A stretch of 64,000 nt of DNA from Endomicrobiia bacterium (GTDB taxonomy: Bacteria; Elusimicrobiota; Endomicrobiia; DTEH01). The translations under genes were made by a program, and so were the position numbers. Below are positions 58,084 to 64,000 of this stretch, piece after piece. Numbering within the stretch: the first letter of the stretch is position 1; every line of letters begins with the position of its first letter. The notes under the pieces are model-generated. The model had not been told where the DNA came from and did no database searches. It was given only the letters and a program-made list of their open reading frames with translations. Location of the stretch: the NCBI GenBank assembly GCA_039630545.1, contig JBCNUU010000001.1:32001-96000 (forward strand), given 5' to 3'.

Positions 58084-58842
58084 ATGGAAAAATTAAAAAA
58101 TTTAATGATTTTATTAATGGTCAATGTTTCTTTATATGCTGTTGATATATTTGAAGAATTTAAAAATAGAGTTCAACAGCAATATATAGATCCTTTCACT
58201 AAAGATCTCACAGGTATTGTATGTAGTAACTCCATAAATACCGCAGATAGTTTGGGTCTATTTAAGGCTGTTCCACCATCAATAGGTTTGGATCTTAGTG
58301 CATCTTTTGTGTTAAAAGAAATCTCTTCAGAGAATATAATTTTAAATGAAGCATTTAAAGAACAAGATTTTAAGTATATTCCATTTTTTAGTTTACAAAT
58401 AAGTAAAGGATTACCATTAAATATAGATTTGATTGGAAGAATTTTTAGTTATTCAAATGTTATCTTTTATGGTGCAGGAGTGAAATATAGGTTTTTATCT
58501 TTTCCACCGATTGTTCCTGTAGTAAACTGTGCTGTAGGTTTATTCTATAATGTGATAGATGCCAAAGATATTCTTAAACATAACTCCTATTCCATAAACG
58601 CTGTAATTTCTGTGGATAAACTACCTTTTATAAGGCCATATATGGTAGTTGGTTTGGATAATGGAGAACTAACAGTGTACGAAGCAATAGGAATAGGTGA
58701 GATAAAAAGTAGATTTAAAAACGGGTTAAGATATGAAGTAGGTTTCAGGTTATCTTTTGTTCCTTTTGTTTATATTAGTTTAGGATATTTAAATGTATAT
58801 TCTGTGAATGGTTATACTTTAAATCTTGGATTAAAATTTTAA
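58084..58842 (+). CDS. Probable outer-membrane beta-barrel protein (DUF6588-like)
   Basis: Signal peptide, GLP..ID...R and G.G..Y motifs, alternating strands, ending YTLNLGLKF. Confidence 0.65.
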   Translation: MEKLKNLMILLMVNVSLYAVDIFEEFKNRVQQQYIDPFTKDLTGIVCSNSINTADSLGLFKAVPPSIGLDLSASFVLKEISSENIILNEAFKEQDFKYIPFFSLQISKGLPLNIDLIGRIFSYSNVIFYGAGVKYRFLSFPPIVPVVNCAVGLFYNVIDAKDILKHNSYSINAVISVDKLPFIRPYMVVGLDNGELTVYEAIGIGEIKSRFKNGLRYEVGFRLSFVPFVYISLGYLNVYSVNGYTLNLGLKF

Positions 58843-58843
58843 C

Positions 58844-59440
58844 ATGTCAGAAGTATTAGTACTTAATAAACATTTTGTAGCAGTATCTTTAACATCATGG
58901 CGTAAAGCAATAAAACTGGTGTATCTTGAGCGTGCGGATGTGGTGGATGAAGATTATAAGACATATTCGTTTAAAGATTGGTTTGAACTTTCTCAATGTA
59001 TGAAGGAACATCCAGCAGGATTTGTATATACACCAAAATTTAAAATAGCAATTCCAGAAGTGATAGCACTTAAATTTTATGATAAAGTTCATTTTGAAGA
59101 ACCGAGATTAACACGAAAAAATATATATGAACATTACGGCTATAGATGTTGTTACTGTGGTAAAAAATTCAGTGTTGATAAACTTAACATAGACCATATA
59201 CTGCCTAAATCTCGAGGAGGAAAAACTGAGTGGAATAATATTATCACTTCATGTATAGAATGTAATCTGAAAAAAGGAAATAAAACTCCACAAGAAGCTG
59301 GTATGAAACTAGCTATATCTCCGTCTAAACCACAGAGAAGATTAAAACTTACTTTTATATTCAAGCCAAATATAAAAATTCCGACTTCCTGGCAAAAGTT
59401 TATAGATACTATGTACTGGAATGTTGAGCTTGAAGAATAA
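58844..59440 (+). CDS. HNH endonuclease family protein
   Basis: VLVLN start, C.YCG, IDHILPKSRGG, C..CN..KG.KTP..A.M motifs. Confidence 0.92.
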   Translation: MSEVLVLNKHFVAVSLTSWRKAIKLVYLERADVVDEDYKTYSFKDWFELSQCMKEHPAGFVYTPKFKIAIPEVIALKFYDKVHFEEPRLTRKNIYEHYGYRCCYCGKKFSVDKLNIDHILPKSRGGKTEWNNIITSCIECNLKKGNKTPQEAGMKLAISPSKPQRRLKLTFIFKPNIKIPTSWQKFIDTMYWNVELEE

Positions 59441-59606
59441 TTTTTTATTTTGAATTTTTGATGACCCATAGATACAACAAATTATAATCTTCTCTTTTTA
59501 AAAAATTTTTAAATCTGTTGCGAAATTTTAAAAATTATAGTAAATATAAAACTAAAAACAAAGTTTTTTTGTTAATTTATTTTTTAATACAGGAGGAAAA
59601 AGAAAT

Positions 59607-60497
59607 ATGTTATCTTCTTCGTTTTTGTTAGTTTTAATTATAATACTTGGAATTATTTATGTATATAATGCAGTAAAAATAATAAGACAACATGAAAGAG
59701 GACTTATAGAAACATTGGGCCGTTTTACTAAAATGGTGGAGCCTGGATTAGTAGTAATATTTCCCTTAATTCAAAAAATAAGAGTTGTAGATATGAGAGA
59801 ACAGGTCATAGATGTCCCTCCACAGGATGTGATAACGAAAGATAATGTTGTGGTTACTGTTGATGCTGTAATATATTTTCAGGTTATAGATCCAGTAAAG
59901 GTTGTATATGAAGTATCTAATTTCTCTTTAGCAGCTTTGAAATTAGCTCAAACGAACCTAAGAAATGTTATAGGTGATCTTGAGTTAGATCAAACTTTAA
60001 CTTCAAGAGAAAAAATAAACTTGCAATTAAGACAAGTCCTTGATGAAGCAACTGACAGATGGGGAGTAAAAATCACAAGGGTGGAAATTCAGAAAATAGA
60101 ACCACCAAAAGACATTACTGATGCGATGAGTAAACAGATGAAAGCCGAAAGAGAAAAAAGAGCAATGATATTAGAAGCAGAAGGTATAAGACAAGCAGCT
60201 ATATTAAAAGCAGAAGGAGAAAAACAAGCTGCAATACTTACCGCTGAAGGTAGGGCTGAAGCTATTAAAAAAGTGGCTGACGCTGAAAAATATCAAATAG
60301 AAATAGTATACGATGCTATTCATAAGGGTAAACCTACTAATGACCTAATAGCAATTAAATATCTTGAAACATTACAAAAAATAGCAGACGGAAAAGCTAC
60401 AAAAATTTTTCTTCCAGTAGAAGCGACGGGAATTTTAGGATCTATTGGAGGAATAAAAGAACTTTTTGTAGAATCTGAAAAAAAAGAAGAAAAATAA
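59607..60497 (+). CDS. SPFH/stomatin-like (QmcA) membrane protein
   Basis: Q.VITKDNV.V.VDA, WGVKITRVEI and QMKAER..RA..L.AEG motifs. Confidence 0.93.
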   Translation: MLSSSFLLVLIIILGIIYVYNAVKIIRQHERGLIETLGRFTKMVEPGLVVIFPLIQKIRVVDMREQVIDVPPQDVITKDNVVVTVDAVIYFQVIDPVKVVYEVSNFSLAALKLAQTNLRNVIGDLELDQTLTSREKINLQLRQVLDEATDRWGVKITRVEIQKIEPPKDITDAMSKQMKAEREKRAMILEAEGIRQAAILKAEGEKQAAILTAEGRAEAIKKVADAEKYQIEIVYDAIHKGKPTNDLIAIKYLETLQKIADGKATKIFLPVEATGILGSIGGIKELFVESEKKEEK

Positions 60498-60536
60498 AAC
60501 TTTCAATTATATTTAAAAGAAAGGAGAGGGTTTAAT

Positions 60537-61925
60537 ATGCAAGAAATTATAAATAACATCAAAGAAGCTGTAGATTACAAAGACGGAAAAGTAGAGATAA
60601 AAAATTTAACTCTTTTAAGAGAAAAAATAATAGATGAACTTGTATGGAAAGCTGTATTTGGTACTTCAGAACAAGAAAAAATTTTTTGTAGAAAACTAAT
60701 TCGACTCATAGCTCAGAGGCTGAATTTAGGACCGGCTAGTATTTATGATCTATATGTTGCTATAGGAAGAAATGAAGTGAGTGGTTTTACAGTTCCAGCT
60801 GTGAATATTCGTGGTTTAACTTATGATACTGCCAAAGCACTATTTAGAGCTGCAAAAAAATTAGATGTTGGAGCTGTTATTCTTGAGATTGCTAGATCTG
60901 AAATGGGATATACTAATCAATCACCTGATGAGTATGCAGCAGTAATTCTTGGAGCTGCTATTAAGGAAGGTTACGATGTAGTTGTGTTTTTACAGGGAGA
61001 TCATTTTCAAGTTAATGCTAAGAGATATAAAGAAAATTCTCAGAAAGAAATAGAAGGCATAAAAAACCTTATACAAAATTCTATAGATGCTGGTTTTTAC
61101 AATATAGATTTAGATACCTCAACTTTAGTAGATGAGTCAAAACCGACACTTGATGAACAACAGAAAGAAAACTATAAAGTTGCCTCAGAGTTAACTGAAT
61201 TTGTAAGGAGTATTCAACCTAAAGGCATAGAGGTGAACCTTGGTGGAGAAATTGGGGAAATAGGAAGCAAAAATTCTACAGAAGAAGAACTTATAGCTTA
61301 TATGGAGGGTTATAAAAAAGAATTAAAAAGCGGTTTAAAAGGTATTACAAAACTTGCTATTCAAACAGGGACAACTCACGGTGGGATTCCTTTACCTGAC
61401 GGGTCAATTGCGAAAGTAAAGTTAGACTTTGATGTGATAGAGAGATTAACAAAAGTTGCAAAAGAGAAATACAATCTTGCAGGTTGTGTTCAACATGGAG
61501 CTTCTACTTTACCTGCAGAACTTTTTGATAAATTTCCAAAAGTTGGCACTTTGGAGATACATCTTGCTACAGAATTTCAAAATATAATTTTTGATCATCC
61601 TTTATTCCCTTCAGAGTTAAAACAACATATATACAAATATTTAGATGAAAACTGTAAAGATGAAAGAAAACCTTCAGATACAGATCAACAGTTTTATTAT
61701 AAAACAAGAAAAAAAGCATGGGGACCATTTAAGAAAGAAGTTTGGAGTTTATCACAACACATAAAAGACAGCATATCTTTAGATCTTCAGAAGAAATTTG
61801 AGTTTTTGTTTGATAAGTTAAATGTAAAAAATACCAAAGATATAGTTAAAAAATACATAAAGCCTGTAGAAGTTGAGATAAAAGATGTTATAAGCAAAAA
61901 AGAGAAATTTGAAGGTGCAGACTAA
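60537..61925 (+). CDS. Class II fructose-bisphosphate aldolase family protein, long form
   Basis: VPAVN, GDH, EIGEIG, GTTHGG and VQHGAS metal-ligand motifs. Confidence 0.85.
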   Translation: MQEIINNIKEAVDYKDGKVEIKNLTLLREKIIDELVWKAVFGTSEQEKIFCRKLIRLIAQRLNLGPASIYDLYVAIGRNEVSGFTVPAVNIRGLTYDTAKALFRAAKKLDVGAVILEIARSEMGYTNQSPDEYAAVILGAAIKEGYDVVVFLQGDHFQVNAKRYKENSQKEIEGIKNLIQNSIDAGFYNIDLDTSTLVDESKPTLDEQQKENYKVASELTEFVRSIQPKGIEVNLGGEIGEIGSKNSTEEELIAYMEGYKKELKSGLKGITKLAIQTGTTHGGIPLPDGSIAKVKLDFDVIERLTKVAKEKYNLAGCVQHGASTLPAELFDKFPKVGTLEIHLATEFQNIIFDHPLFPSELKQHIYKYLDENCKDERKPSDTDQQFYYKTRKKAWGPFKKEVWSLSQHIKDSISLDLQKKFEFLFDKLNVKNTKDIVKKYIKPVEVEIKDVISKKEKFEGAD

Positions 61926-61945
61926 ATTATTAAAAATTTGAAAAA

Positions 61946-62164
61946 ATGAGTGAAATAGGAAAATTTTTAGTTTTTATTGGTGTGATAATTATTTTGGTTG
62001 GAATATTTTTGTTGTTTTTTGAAAAAATACCCTATTTAGGTAAACTTCCAGGAGACATTCTTATAAGAAAGAAAAACTTTGTGTTCTATTTTCCCCTAGC
62101 TACTTCAGTACTTTTAAGTATTTTGTTAACTTTATTGTTAAATCTTATCATTAGGAGAAAATAG
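61946..62164 (+). CDS. DUF2905 small membrane protein
   Basis: LGKLPGDI.I....F..YFP..TS motif. Confidence 0.9.
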   Translation: MSEIGKFLVFIGVIIILVGIFLLFFEKIPYLGKLPGDILIRKKNFVFYFPLATSVLLSILLTLLLNLIIRRK

Positions 62165-62166
62165 TC

Positions 62167-63303
62167 TTGCTAAAACAAAGGCTTATCTTTGTGATATTTA
62201 TATTTTTGTGTATAAGTTTGCTATTTTCTTATGAGCTTTTTGTTAGAGTAGGAATTAAAGATAATGTTAAAAGTTTTCAAGTTTTTTGTGATGAGAAAAA
62301 TTATGTAATAGTTAGATCTTACAATGATAAAATTTTAAAAAAGATAATAAACCCTTTTTATGTCGTATTAAGCAGAGATGGTAAAAAAGTTAAGATCTTA
62401 AATGAAAGTTATTTTTTGCCTTTAAAACTTTATTCAAAAAGTAACATATCAATTGATGGTAAATTTTATCCAGGAACAATAGAAATTTTTTCAAAAAATA
62501 AAAGTTTAATTCTTGTAAATGTTTTAGACATAGAGAATTATTTATATGGAGTGATTCCTTATGAAGTAGTAAGCAGCTGGCCTGATGAGATGTTGAAAGT
62601 TCAAGCAATAATAGCAAGAACCTATACGATTTCTCACTTAGGAAGACATAAATATGATGGATATGATGTATGTTCAACTTTTCACTGTCAGGTTTATAAT
62701 GGAATTTCTGAAAAAATGCATCAAAGAGTAAAAGAAGCAGTTGATGCAACTCGTGGTCTTGTGATAGTGGATAAAATAAAAAACACCCCTATACAGGCCT
62801 ACTACCATGCAGCCTGTGGAGGAGCTACTGATAATGTGGTTGAAATATGGGGTGATGTGTGTAGTTTTAGATATCTTTGTGGTGTAAAGTGTGATTTTTG
62901 TAAAAATTCACCTTATTATCAATGGGAATATGAAATTAAAATAGAGGAGTTTATAAAAACATTAAATAAAAATGGTTTTTCTTTGAAAAATATAAAAAAA
63001 TTGCAGATACTTTCTTATACAAAAAATGGTAGGGCAAAAGAGATAAAAATTATAACTGAAAATTTACCATTAATAGTCAAAGCAGAAGATTTAAGAAAAA
63101 TGTTTGGTTACACCAGTATAAAAAGTACAAAAATTAATGATATAGAAATAAGGAATAAAAATATAATATTTTCAGGGAAAGGATGGGGACATGGTGTTGG
63201 TTTATGTCAGTGGGGAGCTGCTACTTTAGCTTTCAAAGGAAAAAGTTTTAAAGAGATAATAAGTTATTACTATCCTTTTACTACTGTTAAAAAATATCGT
63301 TAG
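62167..63303 (+). CDS. SpoIID/LytB-family lytic transglycosylase
   Basis: E.YL.GV...E, LK.QA..ARTY, CQVY.G and G.GHGVGLCQWGA motifs; signal peptide; TTG start. Confidence 0.92.
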   Translation: MLKQRLIFVIFIFLCISLLFSYELFVRVGIKDNVKSFQVFCDEKNYVIVRSYNDKILKKIINPFYVVLSRDGKKVKILNESYFLPLKLYSKSNISIDGKFYPGTIEIFSKNKSLILVNVLDIENYLYGVIPYEVVSSWPDEMLKVQAIIARTYTISHLGRHKYDGYDVCSTFHCQVYNGISEKMHQRVKEAVDATRGLVIVDKIKNTPIQAYYHAACGGATDNVVEIWGDVCSFRYLCGVKCDFCKNSPYYQWEYEIKIEEFIKTLNKNGFSLKNIKKLQILSYTKNGRAKEIKIITENLPLIVKAEDLRKMFGYTSIKSTKINDIEIRNKNIIFSGKGWGHGVGLCQWGAATLAFKGKSFKEIISYYYPFTTVKKYR

Positions 63304-63311
63304 AAATTTCT

Positions 63312-64000
63312 ATGAATGAAAAGCAATTTGATATTCAGAGTTATGATTTTTATTTACCTAAAGAACTTATAGCTCAAGTTCCATCTGAAAAAAGAAGTAA
63401 TTCCAGACTTTTGGTATACTTTAAAGATAAAGATGTTGTAGAACATTTAAATTTTTCTGATATAATAAATTTATTAGATGAAAACTGGTGTATAATTTTA
63501 AATAATACCAAAGTAGAAAATAGAAAGATAGAATGTAAAAAGATCACTGGAGGTGTAGTTTATATTCTTATTACTTATTATTCTGAAAATTTAATAAAAT
63601 TCATTCCTTATAAGAAAGTAAAAATAAATCAAAAATTGATACTTCCAACAGGCAAATTGGGTACAGTTGTAAGTAAACAACAAGATACTCCAGAGTATGA
63701 AATGCAAGGAAATTTTGGTGTAGATGAAATAAAAGAAATGATTGAAAAATATGGTAGAGCACCTCTACCACCTTATATAAAAAGGAAGCCTCAAGATCCT
63801 TTATGTGAATTAGATAAAGAAAGATACCAGACAGTTTTTGCTAAAAATCCAGCTTCTTTAGCTGCTCCTACAGCTGGTTTTCATTTTGATGAGGAATTGT
63901 TAAAAAAACTACAAGAAAAAAAAATCAAAATATTTTATATAACACTTAACATAGGTTTGTCTACATTTATACCTGTAAAAACATATGACATAAGAAAACA
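63312..64000 (+). CDS. queA: S-adenosylmethionine:tRNA ribosyltransferase-isomerase (partial, runs off the window)
   Basis: Not in the ORF track. Translated by hand: YDFYLPKELIAQ.P...SRLL, NNTKV, PLPPYIKR, RYQTVFA, AAPTAGFHF; open to the window end. Confidence 0.95.
   Translation, partial: MNEKQFDIQSYDFYLPKELIAQVPSEKRSNSRLLVYFKDKDVVEHLNFSDIINLLDENWCIILNNTKVENRKIECKKITGGVVYILITYYSENLIKFIPYKKVKINQKLILPTGKLGTVVSKQQDTPEYEMQGNFGVDEIKEMIEKYGRAPLPPYIKRKPQDPLCELDKERYQTVFAKNPASLAAPTAGFHFDEELLKKLQEKKIKIFYITLNIGLSTFIPVKTYDIRK

Noticed and set aside
48569..63303. SpoVG-like and SpoIID-like genes as evidence of sporulation
   Set aside because: Both families are widespread in non-sporulating bacteria, and DUF2905-spoIID-queA is an ordinary housekeeping arrangement.

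Overview
AT-rich, gene-dense chromosomal window from a diderm bacterium. The gene mix suggests an Elusimicrobiota/Endomicrobia-like lineage, but that is inference only. Most genes are housekeeping or envelope functions: PfpI, PiT, PorV-like barrel/FlgD/OmpA proteins, a permuted pal-cpoB-tolA-tolB cluster, degP, a sensor kinase with a LysM-FecR partner, purA, ttcA, galT-like/glgA, DUF5693/csaB, ftsX/envC, an Omp85-like metallopeptidase, pilMNOPQ, lptD, a GldAFG-like ABC system, leuACD, mfd, a rex-led parAB operon, an aldolase, spoIID and a partial queA. Two RNA genes absent from the ORF track were read by hand: tRNA-Arg(UCG) at 5229-5302 and RNase P RNA at 29340-29777. The RNase P RNA is the most unusual element. 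It keeps the conserved core, appears to lack P6, P13, P14, P16, P17 and P18, carries several long perfect hairpins, and its 5' 47 nt overlap the end of a protein-coding gene. Other leads are a tandem SpoVG-like protein with an apparent signal peptide, altered peptidoglycan-binding residues in both OmpA-like domains, and T9SS-like parts. I found no mobile element, CRISPR array or rRNA. All family calls come from motif recognition by eye, with no database searches.
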